A stretch of DNA of 62,852 nt from Bacilli bacterium (GTDB taxonomy: Bacteria > Bacillota_I > Bacilli_A > RF39 > UBA660), in the NCBI GenBank assembly GCA_016295795.1, contig JAEDKN010000004.1:1-62852 (forward strand), written 5' to 3'. The translations under genes and the position numbers were made by a program. Position 1 is the first letter of the stretch, and each line of letters opens with the position of its first letter. Positions 1 to 9,785 of the stretch are shown here, piece by piece. The notes beneath the pieces were generated by a model. The model did not search any database. It saw only the letters and a program-made list of their open reading frames with translations, and was not told where the DNA came from.

Positions 1-28
1 AGTAAACAAGAGGAGGTACTAAATTACT

Positions 29-439
29 ATGGAATTTATAAGTAAGAAAAAATATGATAATAAGAAAAATAAAACATTAAAAGATAGCTTTTTACATGCA
101 TATGAAGGAATAGTGTATGCAATGATGAAAGAAAGAAATATGCATATACATATAACTATGGCTCTTTTAGTAATTGTTTTCGGAATAATATTGGAGCTAT
201 CTTATGTAGAGTGGTTGATATGTTTAATTTTAATTGCATTAGTAATATCGTTAGAACTTATAAACACTTCGATTGAAGCTGTTGTAGATTTAGTTACTAC
301 TAATGATAGTGCTTTAGCAAAAATTGCCAAAGATTCTGCTGCGGGTGCAGTGTTGTTTACTTCTATCGTTGCTGCATTTATAGGAGTTGTTATATTTTTA
401 CCGAAGATAATTAATTTTATAATTAATATAGGAGGATAA
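29..439 (+). CDS. dgkA: Diacylglycerol/undecaprenol kinase family membrane protein
   Basis: 136 aa with three hydrophobic helices. Motifs 'SFLHAYEGI' and 'ELINTSIEAVVD' are typical of DgkA. GGAGG RBS upstream. Sits in Bacillus-like dgkA-cdd-era order. Confidence 0.85.
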   Translation: MEFISKKKYDNKKNKTLKDSFLHAYEGIVYAMMKERNMHIHITMALLVIVFGIILELSYVEWLICLILIALVISLELINTSIEAVVDLVTTNDSALAKIAKDSAAGAVLFTSIVAAFIGVVIFLPKIINFIINIGG

Positions 440-440
440 T

Positions 441-827
441 ATGAAAGAAGAACTTATTAAACTTATAAAAAATTCGAAGAGTAATTATTATAATTTTCCA
501 GTTGTTTCAATTTTAGAATGCCATGATGGTAAAACCTTTAACGGGGTTAATATAGAAACCTCATCCCCTCAAGCAGGCATATGTGCAGAAAGATGTGCAA
601 TATATTCAGCTATTGCTAATGGATATGACACCAAAGATTTTAAAGCATTACATATAATGGCTGCTTCTTGTAATATAGTATACCCTTGTATGATTTGTAG
701 GCAAACACTTATAGACTATTGCCCAAGAGATTTAGATATAGTTTTATATGATGCAGATAGTAATAATATAGTTCATACAACAATAGATAGCTTAACACCG
801 AATGCATTCAGCAGTGAGGATTTATAA
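441..827 (+). CDS. cdd: Cytidine deaminase
   Basis: 128 aa. Zinc-ligand motifs 'CAERCA' and 'PCMICRQ'. GGAGG RBS. Confidence 0.9.
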   Translation: MKEELIKLIKNSKSNYYNFPVVSILECHDGKTFNGVNIETSSPQAGICAERCAIYSAIANGYDTKDFKALHIMAASCNIVYPCMICRQTLIDYCPRDLDIVLYDADSNNIVHTTIDSLTPNAFSSEDL

Positions 828-1714
828 TGAAAAGTGGTTTTGTTAGTTTAGTAGGAAGGCCCAATGTTGGTAAAAGCACACTTCTTAATAATATTTTAGG
901 TATGAAAATTGCTATAACTTCTGATGTTGCGGGTACTACTAGAAATATTATACAAGGAATCTATAATGATTCTGATAGTCAAATTATTTTCGTAGATACA
1001 CCGGGCATACATAAACCTAAAAATAAATTAGGTACATATTTAAATAGAAAAGCCTATACTATGGCTGATGATGTTGATATAATTCTCTTTTTAGTTGATG
1101 CAGAAGCCGGTTTTGGAAAAGGAGATAATTTTATACTTGAAAGACTAAAAGAAATGAATAAACCAGTATTTTTACTTCTAAATAAAGTAGATAAGATTAA
1201 AAAAGAAAAATTATTAGAGCTAATTAATGAATATAAAGATCTGTATGATTTTGATGAAATTATACCACTTTCCGCATTGAAAGGTGATAACATTGAAGAA
1301 CTCTTAAAAACTGTAAAAAAATACTTGAAGAGTGACATTAAATATTATGAAGATGATACTATAACCAATGTAAGTCGTAATTTTATAATTGCAGAGATGG
1401 TTAGAGAGAAAATTCTTTACCTAACTAAAGAAGAAGTGCCTCATTCAGTAACCTGTTTGGTTGAAACTTACGAAGAAGAAGATGATGTTATAAATATTGG
1501 TGTACTTATAATAGTAGATAGAGATAATTTAAAGAAAATTATAATAGGAAAACAAGGTAGTATGTTAAAACAAATAGGTAGAGAAGCAAGACTTGATATA
1601 GAAAATTTTCTTGGTAAAAAGGTTTATTTAGAAACATATGTAAAATCTATTAAAAATTGGAGAGATAAAGAAAAATATTTACAAGAATTTGGGCTAGATG
1701 AGTTGGAATTTTGA
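827..1714 (+). CDS. era: GTPase Era
   Basis: G1 'GRPNVGKST', G3 'DTPG', G4 'NKVD', C-terminal KH-like region. ATG overlaps the cdd stop (TAATG). Confidence 0.95.
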   Translation: MKSGFVSLVGRPNVGKSTLLNNILGMKIAITSDVAGTTRNIIQGIYNDSDSQIIFVDTPGIHKPKNKLGTYLNRKAYTMADDVDIILFLVDAEAGFGKGDNFILERLKEMNKPVFLLLNKVDKIKKEKLLELINEYKDLYDFDEIIPLSALKGDNIEELLKTVKKYLKSDIKYYEDDTITNVSRNFIIAEMVREKILYLTKEEVPHSVTCLVETYEEEDDVINIGVLIIVDRDNLKKIIIGKQGSMLKQIGREARLDIENFLGKKVYLETYVKSIKNWRDKEKYLQEFGLDELEF

Positions 1715-1758
1715 TTAAATTTTAATAAAATATATCACTATATAATAGGTGATATATA

Positions 1759-1881
1759 ATGAAGGACTTAGTTTGGGAAATATTTAAAAAAACTGGTGAT
1801 ATTAAATATTATTTGTTAGCTAAAAGACTTGAAGGTGATATAGATGCACACAAGAAAACTAGAGGGAATAATAATAAGTGA
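1759..1881 (+). CDS. yqzL: YqzL-like small protein (40 aa), absent from the ORF track
   Basis: ATG at 1759 after AGGTGA RBS. Translates MKDLVWEIFKKTGDIKYYLLAKRLEGDIDAHKKTRGNNNK. The 'W..F..TG.I..YLL.K' pattern and the position between era and recO match the Bacillus YqzL family as I recall it. Confidence 0.55.
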   Translation: MKDLVWEIFKKTGDIKYYLLAKRLEGDIDAHKKTRGNNNK

Positions 1882-2578
1882 GAGTAATTATAGTGAATCT
1901 AGTAAAATATTGAATCTTTATACTAAAGAACTAGGTATAATAAGTGTTATATCTAAAGGTTGTAGAAGAATTAAGAGTAATCTTAGAAGTGTTAGTTCAA
2001 AACTTACTTATGGCAATTTTATAATCTCATATAAAGAAAATGGATTATCTACTCTTATTTCGGTAGACATTTTAGATAATTTTAAAAACATATTAACAGA
2101 TATTAAAAATATAAGTTATTCAACCTATATTTTAGAACTTGCAAGTCAAGTTGCCAAACAAAATGATAATGAAGATGTTTTTAATTTACTAATATCTTCT
2201 TTAAAAAAAATAAATGAAGGATTAGATGCATCTATTATAACGCTTATACTTGAAGTAAAATATTTAAAATATTTAGGAATAGATATTAGTATAGATGGTT
2301 GTAGCAATTGTGGAAGTAGCGAAAATATTATTACATTAAATAGTGAAAAGGGCGGTTATATATGTAGAGAATGTTATACTAATGAAAAGATAGTAAGTGA
2401 AAAAACTATAAAAGTAATGAGATTGTTTTATTATGTTGATATAGATAAAATAACAAAGTTAGATTTAGCAGCTAATACTATAAAGGAAATAAATTCCTTC
2501 TTAGAAGAATATTATGATAGATATAGTGGCTTATACTTAAAAAGCAAACATTTTTTAAGCATTTTGAACAACAAATGA
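1844..2578 (+). CDS. recO: DNA repair protein RecO
   Basis: 244 aa. N-terminal OB-fold pattern 'EGIIISESNYSESSKILNLYTKELG'. Cys4 zinc motif 'CSNCG...CRECY'. GAAGGTGA RBS. Confidence 0.85.
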   Translation: MHTRKLEGIIISESNYSESSKILNLYTKELGIISVISKGCRRIKSNLRSVSSKLTYGNFIISYKENGLSTLISVDILDNFKNILTDIKNISYSTYILELASQVAKQNDNEDVFNLLISSLKKINEGLDASIITLILEVKYLKYLGIDISIDGCSNCGSSENIITLNSEKGGYICRECYTNEKIVSEKTIKVMRLFYYVDIDKITKLDLAANTIKEINSFLEEYYDRYSGLYLKSKHFLSILNNK

Positions 2579-2672
2579 GTTGTTCTTTTTAAATTTATAT
2601 TAATGAAACAACGTGGCATTGCAAAATTATAAAATATTACTGTATAATAATTATAGAAAAGAGGATTATAAA

Positions 2673-3140
2673 ATGAAGGAAATAATAGAAATTTTAACTA
2701 AAAATAACAAAACTGTTTCAACTATGGAATCATGTACGGGTGGGGGAGTAGTTAATGCTATTACAAATATAGAAGGTGCAAGTGAAGTCTTAAAGTTTAG
2801 TGCAATTACCTATTCCAATGAATTCAAGATTAAAATGGGTGTAGATAGTAATATTATAGATAAATATAGCGTTTATAGTATTGAAACTGCTATGGAAATG
2901 AGTAAAAATATAAGTAAATTTTCTAATTCTAATTATGGTATTGGAATAACAGGTAAATTAAATAGGGTAGATAAAAATAATCTTTTTGGTCAAGATAATG
3001 TAGTATTTATAAGCATTTATGATAAAGATAATGATAAATTTTATAATTTTAATAAAACAGTTTCTGCTTCATCTAGAGAAGAAAACAAACAAATTATCAT
3101 AGATTTAATAGTATCGAAATTTAAAAACATAATAAAATAA
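2673..3140 (+). CDS. pncC: CinA C-terminal-domain protein / nicotinamide-nucleotide amidase (PncC-like)
   Basis: 'ESCTGGGVVNAITNIEGASEV' is the CinA_C signature. Start moved to the ATG at 2673 (GAGGA RBS) from the GTG-extended ORF at 2613. Confidence 0.8.
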   Translation: MKEIIEILTKNNKTVSTMESCTGGGVVNAITNIEGASEVLKFSAITYSNEFKIKMGVDSNIIDKYSVYSIETAMEMSKNISKFSNSNYGIGITGKLNRVDKNNLFGQDNVVFISIYDKDNDKFYNFNKTVSASSREENKQIIIDLIVSKFKNIIK

Positions 3141-3154
3141 GAAGAAAATTCTTC

Positions 3155-4039
3155 TTATTTTATTTTATCTGAGAATTCGTCGATAATTCTGATTAATATA
3201 TCTTTTGTTATTAGTTCTGTTTTGCTTTCGATGTCGTTTTTAGGATTAAACTCAACAATATCAAAAGACTTAATTTTATCTTTATACTTTAATAATGCAG
3301 ATAATATCTCTTCTACATTTTTTTTACTAATTCCATTTTTAAATCCTACTGATATTCCGGGTGCGATAACTGGATCTATTACATCAATATCAAAACTTAT
3401 ATGTAGACCGTTTGTATTTAAAAGAGCAATAGATACTGCTTCATCTATAATTTTTTCTATATTTTTAGTTTTAACGTCATTGGTAGAAAAGATTTTTATA
3501 TTTGCCTTTTCTAAGTTCTCTTTTTCAAGCGGATCTATGTCTCTTGCACCAATAATTACTGTATTTTCATTTTTATAAAAATTACCATTGTGGAATTTGG
3601 TTAGTTTTGTCTTATTATTACCAGTAATAGTCGCAAGCGGCATACCGTGGATATTTCCAGTTGTAGTAGTCTCAAAAGTATTAAAATCAGGATGAGTATC
3701 TATCCAAATGATACCTAGTGAATTTTCATGTTCTATGGAAGCTAAAGCAGAAGATATCGCTATGCTGTGATCACCACCAACTGTGATTGGAAAGATTCCT
3801 TCTTTCTTAGTTAATTGAACAGCTTTATATAGTTTTTCATTGAATTTATTTAACTCACCTAAATTTTTTGCTAAATCATTTTTATCATTGCTTTTGGTTA
3901 CATTCTCATATTTAACATCTATAATATCATTTATTTTATCATTATTTATAATATGTTTTTTTAATACTTCAGGTCCAAGATTGCTTCCATATATATTAAC
4001 ACCCAAGTCGCTACATGCATTAATTATGTTTAATCTCAT
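3155..4039 (-). CDS. rocF: Arginase-family ureohydrolase (arginase most likely)
   Basis: Mn-binding motifs 'GGDHSIAIS', 'WIDTHPDFNT', 'SFDIDVIDP'. Start trimmed to 'MRLNIINA' (ATG at 4039). Confidence 0.75.
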   Translation of the reverse strand: MRLNIINACSDLGVNIYGSNLGPEVLKKHIINNDKINDIIDVKYENVTKSNDKNDLAKNLGELNKFNEKLYKAVQLTKKEGIFPITVGGDHSIAISSALASIEHENSLGIIWIDTHPDFNTFETTTTGNIHGMPLATITGNNKTKLTKFHNGNFYKNENTVIIGARDIDPLEKENLEKANIKIFSTNDVKTKNIEKIIDEAVSIALLNTNGLHISFDIDVIDPVIAPGISVGFKNGISKKNVEEILSALLKYKDKIKSFDIVEFNPKNDIESKTELITKDILIRIIDEFSDKIK

Positions 4040-4144
4040 TTTAACCACCAAATTAATAATAATGTAAATATTTGTATAATGCAACGATATTTCTAACTTT
4101 TTGTTAATATTTATTGTATAATTTAGTATAGTGGAGTTGATATA

Positions 4145-5587
4145 ATGAAAAAATTAAATGAACTATTTGATTGTGATTATGACATAGAAATAAAAGGAAT
4201 AAAAATAAATTCCAAAGAGGTTGAAAAAGGGGACTTATTTGTTTGTACTAAAGGCGTTAATGCAGATAGACATGATTTTATTAATGATGCAATAAAAAAT
4301 GGTGCAAGCGCTATAGTAGTTAGTCGTGATGTTAATTTCGATATACCTACAATCAAGGTAGAAGACACTAATAAAGAGTTGCCACTTATTTGCTCTAAAT
4401 TTTATGATCATCCAGAAGAAAAATTAACTATAATAGGAATAACTGGCACAGACGGTAAAACTTCAACTGCGACTATAATACAAACTTTAATTGGAAATGA
4501 TAAGTGTGGTTATATTGGAACCAATGGGAGAAGCTGTTACAAATTTAATAAAGAAATAAATAATACAACACCAGATAGTGATAAATTATATAAATATTTC
4601 TATGATTTTGTAGAAGCTGGATGTAAATATGTAGTTATGGAAACTTCAAGCGAAGCATTTTTTAGACATAGATTAGATAATTTAAAATTTGATGGAGGAA
4701 TTATTACCAACATTACAAGAGAACACTTAAATATTCATAAAACATTTGAAAACTATATAGACTGCAAATCCAATTTATTTAGACAAGTAAAAGAAAATGG
4801 ATTTTCTATATTAAACATCGATGATGAATATTATGATCAAATATTAAAAGCAACTCATACAAAAGTTTTTACATATGGTTGTAATAAGAATGCTACAATC
4901 CAAATATTAGAAACTAATATAAAGAGTTATAAAACTGATATTAAATTTAAATATTTAGATAAAATATATAATATTGAAAGCCCTCTTCTTGGTAATTTCA
5001 ATGTTTATAATCTGATTGCTGGTTTATTATGTGCAATATCACTAGGATTTAAATTAGAAGATATAGAAAAGAATATAAAACATATTAAAATCTCAGGAAG
5101 ACTTGATATTTTGCCAAATATTGGTCAAAAATTTACTGTAATGGTGGATTATGCACATACACCAAATGGTATTAAAAACTTACTAGATTTTGTTCATACA
5201 TTAAATATAAATCGTAGCATTGTTGTTATTGGTTCTGCAGGAGAACGTGATTATTTAAAACGACCTATAATGGGGAAATGTGTTACTGATAATGCAAGTT
5301 ATGCTATATTTACTTATGAAGATCCCAGAAGCGAAGATCCGCGTGATATAATAAATATGATGATAAGTGAAATTAAAGATAGAACTAATTATGAAATAGT
5401 AGTAGATAGAAGAGAAGCTATACAGAAAGCAATAAATATTGCGAAAGAAAATGATATAGTTCTAATTCTTGGAAAAGGTAATGAAACTTATCAAAAATTA
5501 AAAAACGAGACTATATATTTTAACGATATAGAAGAAGCAATGAGGGCATTAAATAGTAGACTAGCGAAGAATAAAATATCTATATAG
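4145..5587 (+). CDS. murE: UDP-MurNAc-L-Ala-D-Glu:diamino-acid ligase MurE
   Basis: Mur ligase P-loop 'GITGTDGKTS'. C-terminal 'EDPRSEDP' aligns with the DNPR specificity motif with the Arg retained, which suggests a meso-DAP type. Confidence 0.9.
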   Translation: MKKLNELFDCDYDIEIKGIKINSKEVEKGDLFVCTKGVNADRHDFINDAIKNGASAIVVSRDVNFDIPTIKVEDTNKELPLICSKFYDHPEEKLTIIGITGTDGKTSTATIIQTLIGNDKCGYIGTNGRSCYKFNKEINNTTPDSDKLYKYFYDFVEAGCKYVVMETSSEAFFRHRLDNLKFDGGIITNITREHLNIHKTFENYIDCKSNLFRQVKENGFSILNIDDEYYDQILKATHTKVFTYGCNKNATIQILETNIKSYKTDIKFKYLDKIYNIESPLLGNFNVYNLIAGLLCAISLGFKLEDIEKNIKHIKISGRLDILPNIGQKFTVMVDYAHTPNGIKNLLDFVHTLNINRSIVVIGSAGERDYLKRPIMGKCVTDNASYAIFTYEDPRSEDPRDIINMMISEIKDRTNYEIVVDRREAIQKAINIAKENDIVLILGKGNETYQKLKNETIYFNDIEEAMRALNSRLAKNKISI

Positions 5588-5647
5588 AATTTTACTTTAT
5601 TTTACTATTGCATATAATATGATATAATAAACTTAGGATGTGATTGA

Positions 5648-6739
5648 ATGAGAGTAATTGTAAGTGCAGGTGGAACGGGTGGTCATATTTTTCCTGCTTT
5701 AGCAGTTATCAACAAAATAAAAGAAAACGAACCAAATAGTGAAATTCTATATATAGGAACAACAGATAGAATGGAATCTACTATAATTCCAGATTTAAAA
5801 ATTAAATATATTGGAATAGAAATGAAAGGGTTGAATAGAAAAAACGTATTAAAAAATATAGAAGTTTTATCTTCTTTGAATAAAGGAATTAAAAAGTGCA
5901 AATCAATTATAAAAGAATTTAATCCAGATATAGTCTTAGGAATAGGAGGCTATATCACTTTTCCAGTTATAACCGCTGCTTCATCTTTGGGTTATAAAAC
6001 ATTTATTCATGAGCAAAATTCAATACCAGGACTTTCTAATAAAATTCTAAAAAATAAAGCAACAGTAATAGGAGTTTCCTTAGAAGAATCTCTAAAATAC
6101 TTTGATAAAAATAAAACGTTTTTTACAGGAAATCCTAGAAGTGAAGAGGCAGTAAATGCTAAGCCTGTATTAAAAAGCAAATACGGTCTATCAAAGAATA
6201 AAAAAACTGTTTTAATAGTCATGGGAAGTTTAGGTAGTTTAACCATAAATAATATCATGAAAGATATATTACCTAAATTTAAAGATAAAGAATATGAGGT
6301 CTTATTTGTAACCGGAAAAGGTTATTTTGAAGATTATAAAAACTTAAACTTGCCAAAAAACGTTAAGATAGTAGAATTCTTAAATGATATGTTAGGGGTT
6401 ATGAAAAGTATTGATTTAATAGTTTCTAGGGCGGGAGCATCAACTATTTCTGAGATAACAGCATTAGAACTTCCTAGTATACTTATTCCTTCTCCTTATG
6501 TTACCCATAATCATCAATATAAAAACGCCAAAGTATTGTCTGACAGTGGTGCATCAATATTGATTGAAGAGAAAAATTTAAATGATAAAACTTTGATTAA
6601 AGAGATAGATAAAATATTAAATAATGATAAAATTTATGATAAAATGAAAAAGGCAAATGCTAAGTTAAGTATTAAGAATAGCGCTACAAAAATATACGAG
6701 ATTATAAGAAAAACAATAGATGGTGATAAAAATGAATAA
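5648..6739 (+). CDS. murG: Lipid II synthase MurG (UDP-GlcNAc transferase)
   Basis: 'GGTGGHIFPALA' N-terminal G-loop, 'SRAGASTISE' motif, 363 aa. Confidence 0.95.
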   Translation: MRVIVSAGGTGGHIFPALAVINKIKENEPNSEILYIGTTDRMESTIIPDLKIKYIGIEMKGLNRKNVLKNIEVLSSLNKGIKKCKSIIKEFNPDIVLGIGGYITFPVITAASSLGYKTFIHEQNSIPGLSNKILKNKATVIGVSLEESLKYFDKNKTFFTGNPRSEEAVNAKPVLKSKYGLSKNKKTVLIVMGSLGSLTINNIMKDILPKFKDKEYEVLFVTGKGYFEDYKNLNLPKNVKIVEFLNDMLGVMKSIDLIVSRAGASTISEITALELPSILIPSPYVTHNHQYKNAKVLSDSGASILIEEKNLNDKTLIKEIDKILNNDKIYDKMKKANAKLSIKNSATKIYEIIRKTIDGDKNE

Positions 6740-7637
6740 ATATATAGACTTCATAAAAGAAAAACAAATTGGAAAATATATAGAAAATGCAAGTCTATCT
6801 GAATTTACTACTTATAAAGTAGGAGGAAAGGCTAATGTAATAGTCTATCCTAAAGATATAAAAAAATTAACTGAGTTATTAAAATATATAAAATCAAATT
6901 CTATAAAACATAAAATACTTGGAAACGGTTCTAATACCGTTTTTAGTAGTAAAACATATGAGGGTATAATAATAAAGTTAGATGAGCTAAATAACTTAGA
7001 AATCGTTGGAAATAAGGTTGTTGTTGGTGCTGGATATAATTTGATGAAACTTTCAGCTTTAGCAACTAGGAAGTCATTATCTGGTTTGGAATTTGCATCA
7101 GGTATTCCTGGAACTATTGGTGGGGCAGTATACATGAATGCTGGGGCTTATAAAAGCGATATGGGTTATATTGTAAAGAGTGTAAAAGTACTGACTCCAG
7201 ATTTTAAAATTATAACAATGACAAATAAAGAGCTTAAATTTCATTATAGGGACTCTTTTTTACAGCATAATAAAGATTATATTTGCTTAGAGGCAACTTT
7301 AAAACTAAAGCCAGGTAAAAAAAGCGAAATAACCGAAATAAACAACGAAAGAAAAAAGAGACGATTAGAATCTCAGCCACTTGAATATCCTTCAGCAGGA
7401 AGCGTTTTTCGCAATCCTGAAGGAATGTTTGCTGGAAAACTAATAGAAGATATAGGTTTAAAAGGTTTGACCAAGGGTGGCGCTCAAGTAAGCAATAAAC
7501 ACGCTAATTTTATAATAAATTTAGGTAATGCAACTGCAGAGGATGTAAAAGAATTAATAGAATTTGTCCAGACTGCAGTTGAAGATAATTATGGTATAAA
7601 GTTAAAAGTAGAACAAGAATTTGTTAATTGGGAGTAG
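6732..7637 (+). CDS. murB: UDP-N-acetylenolpyruvoylglucosamine reductase MurB
   Basis: FAD-binding 'GNGSN' and 'IPGTIGGAVYMNAGAY'; 'AGSVFRNP'. ATG at 6732 overlaps the murG stop. Confidence 0.95.
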   Translation: MNKYIDFIKEKQIGKYIENASLSEFTTYKVGGKANVIVYPKDIKKLTELLKYIKSNSIKHKILGNGSNTVFSSKTYEGIIIKLDELNNLEIVGNKVVVGAGYNLMKLSALATRKSLSGLEFASGIPGTIGGAVYMNAGAYKSDMGYIVKSVKVLTPDFKIITMTNKELKFHYRDSFLQHNKDYICLEATLKLKPGKKSEITEINNERKKRRLESQPLEYPSAGSVFRNPEGMFAGKLIEDIGLKGLTKGGAQVSNKHANFIINLGNATAEDVKELIEFVQTAVEDNYGIKLKVEQEFVNWE

Positions 7638-7642
7638 GTAAT

Positions 7643-8314
7643 ATGCCAAAAAAGTTAAAAAAGAAAATAAGATTTAAAATAATTCCAATTTTGATCTTCT
7701 TAGTTATATGTGTAGGATTATATTTTGCAATTACTTATCTAGCTGATACTAAAATTAAAAATATATACATATATGGTAATAACATATTAACTGATCAACA
7801 AATTATAGAATTAGCTAAAATAGAAGAGTATCCTAGCTTTTATAAAACTTTTTCTAGAACTATGAAAAAAAATATAAAACAAAATCCAATAATAAAAGAT
7901 GTAAAAATAAAAAAGAGATTTTTTAATGTTTTGAAGATATATGTAACTGAATATAAACCACTATTCATAAAAGATAATAAATTAATATTAGAAGAAGGAA
8001 TAATATCTGAAATGGTAAATGTAAAAGTTCCAGTTCTCACTAATGAAGTTGACCCTGAAATATATGAAAGTTTGATAAAAGAGTTATCTAATATAGATGA
8101 TTTAATAAGAAGTCAAATATCAGAGATAATATATTCTAAAAGTGAGTACGACAACACTAGATTTTTACTTTATATGGATGATGGAAACCATGTATATGTA
8201 AATATAAGTAAGTTTTCAAAGCTTAACTATTATAATGAAATATATCCAACATTAAATAATAAAAAAGGAACACTATATCTAGATTCTGGGAATCATTTTG
8301 AAGTATTTAGTTAA
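7643..8314 (+). CDS. divIB: Cell division protein DivIB/FtsQ
   Basis: Basic N-terminus, single TM, then POTRA-like 'IKNIYIYGNNILTDQQI'. Position after murB. ATG at 7643 follows a GGGAG RBS. Confidence 0.8.
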   Translation: MPKKLKKKIRFKIIPILIFLVICVGLYFAITYLADTKIKNIYIYGNNILTDQQIIELAKIEEYPSFYKTFSRTMKKNIKQNPIIKDVKIKKRFFNVLKIYVTEYKPLFIKDNKLILEEGIISEMVNVKVPVLTNEVDPEIYESLIKELSNIDDLIRSQISEIIYSKSEYDNTRFLLYMDDGNHVYVNISKFSKLNYYNEIYPTLNNKKGTLYLDSGNHFEVFS

Positions 8315-8330
8315 GAATTAAATTATTTAT

Positions 8331-8358
8331 AAAAAAAGAGAATTATTTCTCTTTTTTT
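8331..8358. terminator. Bidirectional intrinsic terminator (divIB and Tyr-rich gene)
   Basis: Hairpin agagaa-ttat-ttctct (8337-8352) flanked by an A-run and a T-run. Confidence 0.6.
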
Positions 8359-8584
8359 AATAGTAATATGGATAGTAATAATTATTGTAGTAAACTGGAT
8401 AAGGTGCTGGATAAGGATAATAGTTTGGTCTTCCTATGGCATATCCTGCAAGTCCTCCTAATAGTAGAGGTCCGACAAATCCTGCACCTATTAGACGATC
8501 ATTGCTTTGATTACTATAAACACTACTACTTGGCCTATAGTACATATTTTGACTATATCTTGGCATACTATTATAAGAATACAT
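8357..8584 (-). CDS. Tyrosine-rich small protein with central glycine-zipper hydrophobic segment
   Basis: 75 aa with 19 Tyr. Ends 'YYNNYYYPYYY'. Central 'GAGFVGPLLLGGLAGYAIG'. Strong AGGAGG RBS and its own terminator. Confidence 0.6.
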   Translation of the reverse strand: MYSYNSMPRYSQNMYYRPSSSVYSNQSNDRLIGAGFVGPLLLGGLAGYAIGRPNYYPYPAPYPVYYNNYYYPYYY

Positions 8585-8641
8585 AAATTTCTCCTCCTAG
8601 AGTATTTTATGTATAAATATAATTAATGTGAGGTGTTTATA

Positions 8642-9754
8642 ATGGATACTAAGGAAAAACAACTAGCAAAAACAATAGTAGATTATAGTCTAAATATTAA
8701 AAAAGGAGATAGAGTGCTTATTACTTATCAAAGTCTTGATGCAAATAACTTTGTAAAAGAATTAATAGCATCTATTTCCTCTAAAGATGCTATTGCGATG
8801 GTTAGTTATGAAGATGTGAGTTTATCTGCTTATTTAAAGCAAATAACAACCAGCAAAAGAATAGAACTAATTAAAAAATATAAAGAGTTTGAGCTTTCTA
8901 ATTTTGATGTGTTTATAAATATTAAATATAACATAAATGATTATGAAAATAAGTTGATTGATCCTAAAATTACACGAGAAATTCTAGAAAAAACATATGA
9001 ATCACATAATAAACTTGTAAATGAAAGACGATGGGTGCTCCTTAATTATCCATCTATTGTAGATAGTTACAAAGCAAAAATGACAATAGATGAATTTAAA
9101 AATTATTCTTTAGATGTAATGAATATAGATTATAGAGAATTAAGCAAAGATTTAAAACCACTAAAGAGATTAATGGAACAAACTGACAAAGTACGCATAA
9201 CTGCCCCTAATACAGATATTACCTTTTCAATTAAAGGAATGCCTATTATTCCATGTGTTGGAAATAGTAATTTACCAGATGGAGAAATTTATACTGCTCC
9301 TATAAAAAATAGTGTTAATGGTTATATTACTTATAATACTACAAGTACCTATAGAGGCGAAGTTTTTAAAAATATAAAATTAGAATTTAAAAACGGTAAA
9401 ATAATTAATGCTTATACTGATAAAGATAAACAAGAAAAATTATTAGATATATTTCAAACTGATGAGGGAGCTAGATACATCGGAGAGTTTTCTCTTGGAT
9501 TAAATCCTAAAATTTTAAATCCTATGGGAGATATATTATATGATGAGAAAATAATAGGAAGCATTCATTTTACTCCAGGAGCAGCATATAAAGATTGCTA
9601 CAACGGAAACGATTCATCGGTTCATTGGGATTTAGTTTTAATTCAAAGAAGTGAATATGGTGGAGGAGAAATATATTTTGATGATAAATTGATTAGAAAA
9701 GACGGATTATTTGTTTTAGATGAATTAAAGAAATTAAATTATGATTTGAAATAA
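8642..9754 (+). CDS. pepS: Aminopeptidase, M29 (AmpS/PepS) family
   Basis: Family-typical 'LAKTIVDYSLNIKKGD', 'LPDGEIYTAP', 'GEFSLGLNP', 'IHFTPG'. ATG at 8642 after GAGGTG. Confidence 0.85.
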   Translation: MDTKEKQLAKTIVDYSLNIKKGDRVLITYQSLDANNFVKELIASISSKDAIAMVSYEDVSLSAYLKQITTSKRIELIKKYKEFELSNFDVFINIKYNINDYENKLIDPKITREILEKTYESHNKLVNERRWVLLNYPSIVDSYKAKMTIDEFKNYSLDVMNIDYRELSKDLKPLKRLMEQTDKVRITAPNTDITFSIKGMPIIPCVGNSNLPDGEIYTAPIKNSVNGYITYNTTSTYRGEVFKNIKLEFKNGKIINAYTDKDKQEKLLDIFQTDEGARYIGEFSLGLNPKILNPMGDILYDEKIIGSIHFTPGAAYKDCYNGNDSSVHWDLVLIQRSEYGGGEIYFDDKLIRKDGLFVLDELKKLNYDLK

Positions 9755-9785
9755 ATAAATTAAAAAAATAAAAGAGTAGTTTCTT

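Noticed and set aside
8368-8586. 72-aa plus-strand ORF opposite the Tyr-rich gene
   Set aside because: It has no RBS and its composition is simply the reverse-complement shadow of the Tyr/Pro/Asn-rich gene. The minus-strand ORF has a strong RBS and a terminator.
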